A stretch of DNA of 43,461 bases from an uncultured bacterium (GTDB lineage Bacteria; Planctomycetota; Phycisphaerae; Phycisphaerales; SM1A02). The notes beneath the pieces were generated by a model. It saw only the letters and a program-made list of their open reading frames with translations. It was not told the DNA's origin and did not search any database. Within the stretch, counting starts at the first letter, position 1; every line of letters starts with the position of its first letter. Shown here one piece after another: positions 9,776 through 18,737 of this stretch. The stretch covers positions 1 to 43,461 of the forward strand of contig CAIWNO010000046.1 in NCBI GenBank assembly GCA_903914045.1, given 5' to 3'. The position numbers and the translations under genes were made by a program.

Positions 9776-12070
9776 CTAGGTTGTGGAAGGGCTTGTCCCA
9801 TCTGTAGATAATTTTTGATCTTTCATAACGGCGGACTTTGGCAACTGGAAAGCCGAAGTTTGCGTGGCATATTCCGCGATCGCTTCGGCGTTCTTTTTAA
9901 AGTATCCGCCCGCTGTGTTCTTGGGCCTATTCAATATTGTTCCCAAGAAATTACTTTTACTATCCATCAATTGATATGCCAACTTGGTCACAAGTCCTTT
10001 TTGATCTTGCCAAGCGCGGACAACCATTATGGATGCGTCAGCCTTATTGGCCATTGCCAATCCCTCACCCGCAACCACGCTTGGTGGCGCATCAAGATAG
10101 ACACGGTCGTAATTTTGGTGGCACCAATCTAGAAAGGCGTCCATTTTTTCAGTGTTCAGTAATTGAAATGTTCTGTTGGACGGAGCGCCCGCGCCAATAA
10201 AGTGCAAGCCATTACCTTGATCAATCAAAATATCAGCGGGATTTGCGCCATTTAAGATATCGCCAAGGCCTGGCAGTGTTGGATCAAGCCCAAGCCCTCT
10301 TGCCAATCCGGGTCGACGCAGATTGGCGCCAACAATCAAAGTCCTGCGACCTAATGAGGCGTCGCATGCTCCAAGATTGAGCACCATGGTGGTCGTGCCC
10401 GAATCTGGCATGGGACTCATCACCAAGATAATTTTTGCGTTGGTTGGAGCCAGCCCTTTCGAGATCAACGCATTGGTTTGCCGGAAATTTTCCGCGGTCA
10501 TGGATTGCGGACTTTCCAAGACAATCAATTCAGCGCGCTTTGGCTTGGTTGGATCGTCCATAATATCTGGAATGACGCCCAGAATTTTTCCAGGTAAAGA
10601 AAGTAGGTCGCTTGGGTACTTCACGCGTTGATCTAGAATTTCACGAATGAACAAAATTAAAATATAAATACCGCATACAAGAACAGCCGTTCCAGGAACC
10701 ATGAACTTTAATTGCGGAAATGTAATTTCGCGGGGTTTCATCGCTTTCTGAACGACTTCAACACGATGCGATTCGTCGCGCAATCGCGCCAAATTCACAT
10801 CATTGATTGTTTGGGCCACAAGCTTTCGTTGATCTTCCGCTTGGCTCAACTGCTCCCGCAGTGTGCCCAACTCGGCCATGTTCATTGTGAAATCTTCACT
10901 TAAAGCGGAGTTACGTGTGAATTCAGTCTGTTGTTTTTTCAACAAATTATTCAGTGAATCAACTCTATTCGCCGCGCCACGCAAATCAGACAACTGATTT
11001 CGCTTAAGGACTTTTTCACGTGTGTCGTCACGTTGTTTTTGAATTGATTCCTGAGCCGCCTTCAACTGAAGCACTTCGGCGTGAATCACTTTTTTGCCGT
11101 CGATTTCTCTATTGCCATACTGATCCTTTGCCGCCGCATATCTACGGGTTGCATCTTCATAATCCCTATTTAAATTTTGCATCACGGGGTCGGAGTCAGC
11201 TTCGCGCAAATCCTCATCCGAAGCGCCCTCTTCTTTTTGTTGCTTTTTCTCGGCCTGTATTTGTCGAGACTCAGCCACAGACAAATCACTGGTAGTGAGC
11301 GCAATCCCTTCTCTTAACTTCTCAAGGGCGCGAGAATTTTCACTTGAAGATTCATTCAGGCTTGTCATGTTGTGCTCCTTGACAAATTTCTGAATTTCCT
11401 GCTTTTTGGCGATAATTTGGTCGTCTAATTTTTTCTGATTCGCCTCATACACGCGAAGAATTGTGGCAAATCTATTGTCCTCGGTGTCTCGAACCTTATT
11501 GACGTAGGTGTTTGCAACCGCGTTCAATACAACAGGAACATCTTCGGGAACGCGGGTCTTCCAACCCAAGGTGAATATTTGAGTACCTCGCTTATGCGCT
11601 CCACGCAAATCATTTTCAAGCTCGGTTGCAGCTTCATCAATATTAAAGATGTTCTTATCGTCGCGAAATGCAGAACTCTTGCTCCATTCGGTCTTCTGAA
11701 GATCAGAATTTTCCAACGCCGCTTTTAGATTGTCTCGGCTCATCATGCGAGCCACTTCTGTCTGCGCCAAACGAATAACAGCTTCTTCCGTACCTAAATC
11801 TTTGGCGTTCAGGGCTTTGGCATCCTCAAGTTGGTTGCGAATTTCCAAATACACAGTGCCACTCCACACTTGGTACGTGTATAAAAAAACAAAATGTAAA
11901 ATAACACCCAAAATTGCCCCCAAAAAAAGCGTGGAAAAAATACCCAACATATGTTGACGAAGAAGTCGAATGGGATCTAGAGACACGACCGATGGCTTAG
12001 GGCGCGCCGCCGCTGCCGGCTTTGATATAGGCGCGGATGTTGATACGGATGTGGAAAGTGCTCTACTCAT
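9776..12070 (-). CDS. Polysaccharide co-polymerase / BY-kinase-like protein (Wzc/GumC/EpsG-like) with a degenerate P-loop
   Basis: ATG at 12070 is preceded by AAGGAG. The protein has an N-terminal Wzz-like TM segment, a long coiled-coil periplasmic region, a second TM helix and a C-terminal CpsD/CapB-type ATPase fold (VYLDAPP Walker A', IMVV Walker B). The Walker A position reads SPMPDSGTT instead of PGEGK[ST]. Confidence 0.8.
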   Translation of the reverse strand: MSRALSTSVSTSAPISKPAAAARPKPSVVSLDPIRLLRQHMLGIFSTLFLGAILGVILHFVFLYTYQVWSGTVYLEIRNQLEDAKALNAKDLGTEEAVIRLAQTEVARMMSRDNLKAALENSDLQKTEWSKSSAFRDDKNIFNIDEAATELENDLRGAHKRGTQIFTLGWKTRVPEDVPVVLNAVANTYVNKVRDTEDNRFATILRVYEANQKKLDDQIIAKKQEIQKFVKEHNMTSLNESSSENSRALEKLREGIALTTSDLSVAESRQIQAEKKQQKEEGASDEDLREADSDPVMQNLNRDYEDATRRYAAAKDQYGNREIDGKKVIHAEVLQLKAAQESIQKQRDDTREKVLKRNQLSDLRGAANRVDSLNNLLKKQQTEFTRNSALSEDFTMNMAELGTLREQLSQAEDQRKLVAQTINDVNLARLRDESHRVEVVQKAMKPREITFPQLKFMVPGTAVLVCGIYILILFIREILDQRVKYPSDLLSLPGKILGVIPDIMDDPTKPKRAELIVLESPQSMTAENFRQTNALISKGLAPTNAKIILVMSPMPDSGTTTMVLNLGACDASLGRRTLIVGANLRRPGLARGLGLDPTLPGLGDILNGANPADILIDQGNGLHFIGAGAPSNRTFQLLNTEKMDAFLDWCHQNYDRVYLDAPPSVVAGEGLAMANKADASIMVVRAWQDQKGLVTKLAYQLMDSKSNFLGTILNRPKNTAGGYFKKNAEAIAEYATQTSAFQLPKSAVMKDQKLSTDGTSPSTT

Positions 12071-12088
12071 GGGTACATCTCCTTCTGA

Positions 12089-15000
12089 TCAATTCAATTT
12101 GGATTCCAACAACTTCAACTCCGCTATTTGTTCCTCGGTTGGAGACTTCGACTTCGCCTTCTCCACATACTCTTTCGCATCAATGGGGCGCTTGAGTTCA
12201 ATAAATGCCTGGGCTAAATGAATCATGGAACCAGGTTTTTGCGACATCACAATCGCCTTCTGGAAAGGCTCTAGCGCTTCCGCTGATTTTCCATCCATTA
12301 AAAGAGCGTATCCCAACGTGTCTTGAAAATCGTCAACGTTGGGGTTCAGTGCGACACACTTGCGAGCCAATTCAACGGCCCGTGCGGAATTTGTGCCAGA
12401 TTTTGCAATCAAGTACGCCGCGTTATTCAATGCGCTGGGATTGTTTGGAATCAATTCAAGAGCCTGCTCAAAGTACCGAGTTGAATTCAGAAAATCATTT
12501 TCTTTATACAGCAAATTTCCAACTTGCAGCAAAGCGACTGCCTGTAATTGATTGGAGTCCGAATTACTTTTCGCCTTGGCAAGGGCGGCCGCACGTTCAA
12601 GCCATTCAATGGCTGTCTTGGTTCCCGATGGTCCCAAATCCGCATATAAAGCCGCAAGTCCTGTGCAATCCCAATAATTAAATGCGGTGTTGCCAAGAAG
12701 AGATTTTAAAAAGGCCTCTGACTCCTGGGGTTTTTTATCAAAGCATTGACCAAGACCCGAAAACCACATTCCCCAATCTTCTACGCGAAGCGCCCCCGAT
12801 GCGATTCCTGTAGTGATGGTTTTATACGCCGTTCGCATTGCGGCAAGACCGGGTTCCCGTTGTCCAGTATTCACCAAACCGATAGCGAGCAAAATTTGCG
12901 CGTTTGATGAAGTGGAAACCAACCTGGGATTTGCACGAAGCAATTTCATGGCGGCTTCCCAATCTTTTTTCTCGCCACGCAGACGCTGATTCACACAAGC
13001 TACTAATTCATCAATTCCTGGCTGAATCACAAATGCCGCGTCAAAGGCGGCCGTGGCTTTCGGCATGTCATTTCTTTGAACATTCAGAGTGGCCGCCATG
13101 GTCTGCCACGCAGAATCCTGTGGATACATACGAGTACCTTCTTCAGTCAATTGAATCGCTCGTGGGATATTGTTTAAACGCAAGAGCAATTGAATCAACT
13201 CGCGACGCGCTTCAACATTTTGTGGCGACATAGACAGAAACTTTTCAACAAGAGTGACCGCCTCGTTGACTTTGTCTTGCTCTAATAGAACTCTTCCCTT
13301 ATTTTGAATTCCTGGCCAATATCCCATTGAAATATCAATCGCATGATCAGCTGCTTCATCGGCGACCTGAATTAATTTAGGATCATGCATTCTCTGATAC
13401 ATCCTTCTTTCAAAATCGGAAAGTGAAATCCACCCTTGAGGTGAATTAGGAAGAAGTTCCGTGGCTCGCAAAAGTGAGGACCTTGCCTGCGCAAAATCTT
13501 GCTCAGCCTTTGCCGCATCACCACTCACAACAGCTTGTTCGCCACGCCCCTGTAAATTGGTGGCCCTCAGCAATTCAATTGTTGCAAGTGTTTCCTTGGC
13601 TTTATTTGATTCAGCGGCTTTCGCAAGGTATTTTTCAGCTGAATCGAAATCTCGCAACCTACTGCAGATTTCAGAGAGCCGCATCCATGTCCCCGAGTCA
13701 GAAATAACATCCGCCTTGGCTACTAATTCCAAATAATCACGGGCATTTTTCCACTGACTGCGGCTAAACCAATAATCAGAAATCCGAATATTGGCGAGCA
13801 TGGTCTTGGGATCCTGTTGCTTGCAGGCTTCGTCAAATGCAAGGCGCGCCTCCTCTGGTTTAGTGGACTCATCCATATACACGCCAAGTCCAATCCACAA
13901 CTCCATATTTTGTCCCGCGGGCAATTTTGCAATATCTTTACGAATGGCGTCCTCGCCGTCCTTCACGTTTTGATATTTTTTCAAGGCGCGAGCATTGATC
14001 AATGAAAGTGATACATCGCCAGGCGCCGCATCTTTAAGAAACCGAATGATTTCGAACCCGGTGTCAAGATTTGCCTTGGCCGCGGTTGCCAACTGTTGTT
14101 GAATTTTTGGCGTACCAGCATTTCTCATATCTTGCTCAGTGAACTTTTGCGCACCATTGTTGTCCAACATTAAGTTGGGATCGCTTGGATTTTCCAACAA
14201 CATTTTGGCAAGTTCCAATGAATTTTGCGCAAGAGCTGGCCTTTCTTTATACAAGCGCTTCCGCAGCGCAAACGCGCCAGACCGATCGCCAATTTGCCCT
14301 TCTAAATCAAGCCACGACAACATAAGGCTGCTGTCATCTGGGTTTGAACGCGCCACCTGCTGCAAAATTTGAAGGGCCTTCAATCGATCACCGCTTCGCT
14401 GCAAAAGTTCCGCGTAGGTTCTGGCCGTAACCACGTCGTTTGGTCTGCGGTCATAACTTTCACGAATTAGTTCCAAGGCGGCGTCCACTTTTCCCGCACG
14501 TTCATAAAGCATTCCAAGTTGACGCAGCATCACCGGACTCTGCTCGCCATTTTTGCGAGCGTCCTGCAAAATTGAAATCGCTTCTTGCAACTTTTCTTGA
14601 CTCACCAGAATGCGTGACTGAATAGTTTTCGCCAATCCAGGATCGCCAGCCTGTGCAATGGCCGCAATAAATTTATCAGAGTCCGCAAAATCTTTTCGTT
14701 CAACCGCGTCCGTTGCCGCCATTTCCAACACCAATAGATTTTTTGGATCCAAGGCCAGCGCCGCATCCAATGCGGGGCCAAGCAATTTTTGGCATCGTTG
14801 TAATTGATCCTTCATTATATCTGTGACTTGGTCGTCGCGGATTTGGGACATGGCCTGTCGCATTTTGTACAAGGCGCCAGACAGATTCTGGTACATCTGA
14901 ACCGCTTGGTCTTTGGGATCGGGATACAGCAATTGAACCGAGGTGACAATACGATCGATTGGATCATCATTGCCCGTGACCGCCTTCATCTGAAGGAAGT

Positions 15001-16861
15001 AACTGTTTTTAGAATCAAGAGTCAGACCCTTTTCAATAAAAACTTTCGCAGCCGGAATATCGCCTTTCACAATATTGATTTGACACAGGGCCTCGTACAA
15101 ACGAATTTCTTTGGGGTTTGCAGCCAATTCTTTTGCAAGCACCGCAATGGCGCCGTCATAATCACGCTTCATCATCAAGCGTTCGGCGTTTCCAATCATC
15201 ACCGTTATGGCGTTTGCCGAGCGCTGCACCGCTACCGCTGTATCCGATTTTGTTCCATCACCAATAAGCGCTAAAGCGGCTTTCGCTTCTTTATCATCGG
15301 GATTTAATTCAAGCAATTTCTGCAGAGCTTTACGTGCATCGTTGTAGCGACCCATTCCACCACTTAAGCGCGCGCTGAGATTTAAGAGCGGTGGAAAATT
15401 TGGATATCGTTCAAGCCCCCGACTTACAAAATCAAGCGCCGTGCCTGGCTGATTGCGAAGAATATTTGCAAACCCCGCATAGAAATACATTTCCTGACTG
15501 GGATCAGGAATTTTTTTCAACAAGGCGTCAAATCGCGCCGAAGCATCATTGGCATTTCCATCGGCAAGAGAGGTGCGCGCCTCAATGTCTTCCACCATCA
15601 GAGAGAGTGACTGAGAAGCGAAAAATTTAACAACCTTGTCACGCGCCTGGTGTACAGCTTCAAGCTTGATTTTTTTTTCATCATCGGTGGTGGCTTTGCG
15701 CCAATCTTCAAACGCAAGGGTGTACAACAAATCAGCGGCGGCCTCGCGCGCGCCCTGTTGTGATACCGATTCAATAGAAGTTGGCAAGTTTTGCTGATCA
15801 AACACGGCTTTGGCAGTTTCAAGGCCAATTCCAGTGCTCATTCCACGCGCAATGTTTAAATAAATTCTTTGCGTGACTGCGTCGTTGGGGTAGGCGTTCA
15901 ACCTATTTTCCAGAAGTTTCATTCCCTGATTGTTGTGCTTGAATGATCTGCCAAGAAAAATAGCGCCAGCCGCCGCCAAGGTTAATTTTCGATCATCTTT
16001 GAGACGCGCTTCTTGGGACAAAATGTCATTGAATGCCGCGTCTAAATCAGATTGCTTTACCTGGCTTTCATTGCGATTCTTCATCCCTTCAAGTCGCTGC
16101 ACAAGCACAATTGGCGCCGCAATTCCTTGTGGATTCATGCGCTTGCATTCCACAATGGCGGCATCAAACTGCCGATACGTTTCGGTGGCCAGAGATTTTT
16201 GATTGCCGCGCTCTTGCATATCCGCCTTCTGCAGCAAGTACTCTAAATAAGCAATCCAAACACGATCGCTTGTTGGTAACAACGCGACCACGGTTGGAAA
16301 GTCCTTGTCAAGGCTGTCCCGTTCGTCCTGCGTCAATGTTGTGTATCGTTCATACAAGCCAAGAATTTTCCAAAATTTCACTTGAGCCTGTTGTGGGTCG
16401 TTGGGATCCAGTGCATTTTCCATTTGGACCGCGCTATTTGAAAAATCCCGCCAAGTCGCGTCGTTGTTGTACAGTTCGGCGCGTTCCCTGATGGTTTCCA
16501 TGGCTTGGATCCAAACTTGTGCATCCTTGCTCGAGGCCCGCGTGAGTGACATTCGAAGATTGACAAGTTTGTTGTAATTTTCAGAGGCTTCAGACGCGGA
16601 TTTGGGGATAATTTTCAGCAAGGCCCCCTGATATGCATTGAGATAGATCAGATTGGTTGGTTTTTTTGAAACCGATCGCCCAAAATAATTTGCGGCCTTT
16701 TCAAAATTGCCCGCCGCCATGAAGTCATTGCCCGTTTTAAAATTTCGTTCGGGTGCCAGCACAATTTGATACCAGTAAAACACGCCTGCTAAAAGCAAGG
16801 TGACCACTGCAACGGTTGTAAATAGTATGAGAAACTTGAAATTAAATTTTCGTTTTGACAT
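12089..16861 (-). CDS. Giant membrane-anchored TPR-repeat protein (PrsT-like, exosortase-locus associated)
   Basis: 1590 aa with ATG at 16861. It has a single N-terminal TM helix (FLILFTTVAVVTLLLAGVFYW) and no lipobox Cys. Essentially the whole remainder shows TPR-like periodicity (repeated A..Y/F..A...P.....A.. patterns). Confidence 0.8.
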   Translation of the reverse strand: MSKRKFNFKFLILFTTVAVVTLLLAGVFYWYQIVLAPERNFKTGNDFMAAGNFEKAANYFGRSVSKKPTNLIYLNAYQGALLKIIPKSASEASENYNKLVNLRMSLTRASSKDAQVWIQAMETIRERAELYNNDATWRDFSNSAVQMENALDPNDPQQAQVKFWKILGLYERYTTLTQDERDSLDKDFPTVVALLPTSDRVWIAYLEYLLQKADMQERGNQKSLATETYRQFDAAIVECKRMNPQGIAAPIVLVQRLEGMKNRNESQVKQSDLDAAFNDILSQEARLKDDRKLTLAAAGAIFLGRSFKHNNQGMKLLENRLNAYPNDAVTQRIYLNIARGMSTGIGLETAKAVFDQQNLPTSIESVSQQGAREAAADLLYTLAFEDWRKATTDDEKKIKLEAVHQARDKVVKFFASQSLSLMVEDIEARTSLADGNANDASARFDALLKKIPDPSQEMYFYAGFANILRNQPGTALDFVSRGLERYPNFPPLLNLSARLSGGMGRYNDARKALQKLLELNPDDKEAKAALALIGDGTKSDTAVAVQRSANAITVMIGNAERLMMKRDYDGAIAVLAKELAANPKEIRLYEALCQINIVKGDIPAAKVFIEKGLTLDSKNSYFLQMKAVTGNDDPIDRIVTSVQLLYPDPKDQAVQMYQNLSGALYKMRQAMSQIRDDQVTDIMKDQLQRCQKLLGPALDAALALDPKNLLVLEMAATDAVERKDFADSDKFIAAIAQAGDPGLAKTIQSRILVSQEKLQEAISILQDARKNGEQSPVMLRQLGMLYERAGKVDAALELIRESYDRRPNDVVTARTYAELLQRSGDRLKALQILQQVARSNPDDSSLMLSWLDLEGQIGDRSGAFALRKRLYKERPALAQNSLELAKMLLENPSDPNLMLDNNGAQKFTEQDMRNAGTPKIQQQLATAAKANLDTGFEIIRFLKDAAPGDVSLSLINARALKKYQNVKDGEDAIRKDIAKLPAGQNMELWIGLGVYMDESTKPEEARLAFDEACKQQDPKTMLANIRISDYWFSRSQWKNARDYLELVAKADVISDSGTWMRLSEICSRLRDFDSAEKYLAKAAESNKAKETLATIELLRATNLQGRGEQAVVSGDAAKAEQDFAQARSSLLRATELLPNSPQGWISLSDFERRMYQRMHDPKLIQVADEAADHAIDISMGYWPGIQNKGRVLLEQDKVNEAVTLVEKFLSMSPQNVEARRELIQLLLRLNNIPRAIQLTEEGTRMYPQDSAWQTMAATLNVQRNDMPKATAAFDAAFVIQPGIDELVACVNQRLRGEKKDWEAAMKLLRANPRLVSTSSNAQILLAIGLVNTGQREPGLAAMRTAYKTITTGIASGALRVEDWGMWFSGLGQCFDKKPQESEAFLKSLLGNTAFNYWDCTGLAALYADLGPSGTKTAIEWLERAAALAKAKSNSDSNQLQAVALLQVGNLLYKENDFLNSTRYFEQALELIPNNPSALNNAAYLIAKSGTNSARAVELARKCVALNPNVDDFQDTLGYALLMDGKSAEALEPFQKAIVMSQKPGSMIHLAQAFIELKRPIDAKEYVEKAKSKSPTEEQIAELKLLESKLN

Positions 16862-16875
16862 TTGATGAACTCTTT

Positions 16876-17733
16876 TTATGAACTTGTGACTTGAATTGGT
16901 GTGGATGAATTTTCAAGCGCAGGCCAATCTGGAAGACTGCGCATAAGTTGTGGAAGTAGCGACTGCAACAGATTGCGTGCGAGTTGATCGAACATCGTAA
17001 TCGCAATTTCAGGTTTCTCGTAAACCCTAAATGAGAATTGTACTTTGCAGTAATACGCGTAGCGATCAGACAACTTAAAAGACAGGTTTCGAACAGCAAG
17101 CGCGGAGGGCGTGACCGATCCATTGGCGATAAATAAATACGCGCCAATAAATGTCATGTCGGGGTGTTTCGGATCTTGAAAGGTGCTTGCGGTCATCACA
17201 ATGTCGCCAAGCGGAAGGTTCACCATCACATCTTTTCGTGTCACTGGTTCCTTGACTGCGGCTTGCGAATATCGCTTGCCACTTGCCGCTTGAATGGGAC
17301 CATTTTGCAGATCCCATTTTGAGGAATCCAACACCATGGGACGTAACACGGGTTGTCCAATCATGACCAATCCAGCCGCGCCCCAACACCGTTCTGGAAT
17401 GTGTGGCACGGTATCAATCATGCCGGTGTAATACGCTAAGTGCACCTGAAAAATTCCCTTGCTGGAATCACTTTGATAAACATAGGCGCGATCTAGATAA
17501 TTTTTTGTCCCAAGCTCTTCCACAACCGCATCGGAAAGTTGCTGATCTTTACCGACTTGTTTCCAATCTCCCAATGTGACAGGTAATTCATCAAGCGCGT
17601 TTCGCAGAGGCACGGGTTCTTTTTGCAAATAAACGTTGAGTTGCGACATGGTCAAGCGAAATCCAAGTCCGCCTATCACAAGACAGCCGCAGGCCACAAG
17701 AAACGCCTTCTTTTCTGCGCTGTCAACTCGCAT
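16876..17733 (-). CDS. EpsI-family exosortase-associated protein
   Basis: The start was re-picked to ATG 17733, which has AGGAG upstream; the track start at 17757 is TTG. It has an N-terminal TM helix and EpsI-type blocks (LPVTLGDWKQVG, LDRAYVY, HLAYYTG, HIPERCWGAAG). It lies immediately downstream of the exosortase and overlaps it by 11 nt. Confidence 0.78.
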   Translation of the reverse strand: MRVDSAEKKAFLVACGCLVIGGLGFRLTMSQLNVYLQKEPVPLRNALDELPVTLGDWKQVGKDQQLSDAVVEELGTKNYLDRAYVYQSDSSKGIFQVHLAYYTGMIDTVPHIPERCWGAAGLVMIGQPVLRPMVLDSSKWDLQNGPIQAASGKRYSQAAVKEPVTRKDVMVNLPLGDIVMTASTFQDPKHPDMTFIGAYLFIANGSVTPSALAVRNLSFKLSDRYAYYCKVQFSFRVYEKPEIAITMFDQLARNLLQSLLPQLMRSLPDWPALENSSTPIQVTSS

Positions 17734-18664
17734 TGGGCTCCTGGCTAGTTTCGTCAACCTCGACTAAAAATTGAGAGAGAATCCAAAGCGCGCCCAAATA
17801 CGAGAAGAAAGCGGGCAACAACCAAACAAGACCAATCATGTGGTGAAATTCTCCAGACATGAAGTTTTGGTCAAACATTCCCAATATGCCCAGCGACGCC
17901 ACGCGCAACACATTTACAAAAATAGAAATTGGAATTCCAAGGGCCACCAGCGATATTTGTTGCCATAATTTTGGCAACGACACATACGCCATTGCAACAC
18001 CGAGGGCCAAAAAAGCAACCAGCATGCGCATACCGCTGCACGCTTCAGCCACGTTTAATTGCACCGGTTCACCATCCTTGAAAATAGTGAGAACGTTTCC
18101 GGAGTGATCCGTTTGAATTCCAATTAAGTTTAAAAGCACATAGGCCCCCTTGGCGGAAATATCCTGCATGCGATAGGTCACTAAATTCATGAAGCGCTCG
18201 CTGACGGTCTGCGCGAAAATAATCATGTAGAAAAGTGGAAACCAAACGTATTCCATGGCGCGCCAGCCCAGCAAGAGAAGACCTATGCCGATAAGCGTGA
18301 TGCCCAAACCCGTCGATCGAATGTTGTGGTGAGCCAATCCCGCGGGTCCCACATTGCAAACCATGTACCACGCAATTCCAAAAATCATAATAAGGGCGCC
18401 TATCCATGCGGGACGTAATGGCTGTGCCAAAATAATGTGACGTTTGTTCCAAACAAAATAACCACTGATAAAAGGAATAATCAGCGTGTGTCCCCAATCG
18501 GATGGCTCATGTGATGCCCATGCAACTTGGCGGCGAAACCACTCCCAAAAAACAGAAACCAATAACACCACTAAAACTCCGCCAGCCATCATGGCGGATT
18601 TGGGTGATATTTCTACGGCCTTTGTCGCAGGCTGGCTTGCAGATATGGTTGGTGCGGCACTCAT
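17723..18664 (-). CDS. Exosortase (EpsH/Xrt family transpeptidase)
   Basis: It is a polytopic membrane protein with the family signature residues: Cys in VAEACSGMRML, Arg in FVNVLRVAS and His in EFHHMIGLVW. It is flanked by EpsI and a Wza-like gene. Confidence 0.85.
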   Translation of the reverse strand: MSAAPTISASQPATKAVEISPKSAMMAGGVLVVLLVSVFWEWFRRQVAWASHEPSDWGHTLIIPFISGYFVWNKRHIILAQPLRPAWIGALIMIFGIAWYMVCNVGPAGLAHHNIRSTGLGITLIGIGLLLLGWRAMEYVWFPLFYMIIFAQTVSERFMNLVTYRMQDISAKGAYVLLNLIGIQTDHSGNVLTIFKDGEPVQLNVAEACSGMRMLVAFLALGVAMAYVSLPKLWQQISLVALGIPISIFVNVLRVASLGILGMFDQNFMSGEFHHMIGLVWLLPAFFSYLGALWILSQFLVEVDETSQEPNAS

Positions 18665-18737
18665 GGTTTAGATCTGGATGATTACACGTTGCATGAACCA
18701 CTTTTGTTTGTCTATTGACGTCCCAAAAAATGGAAAA

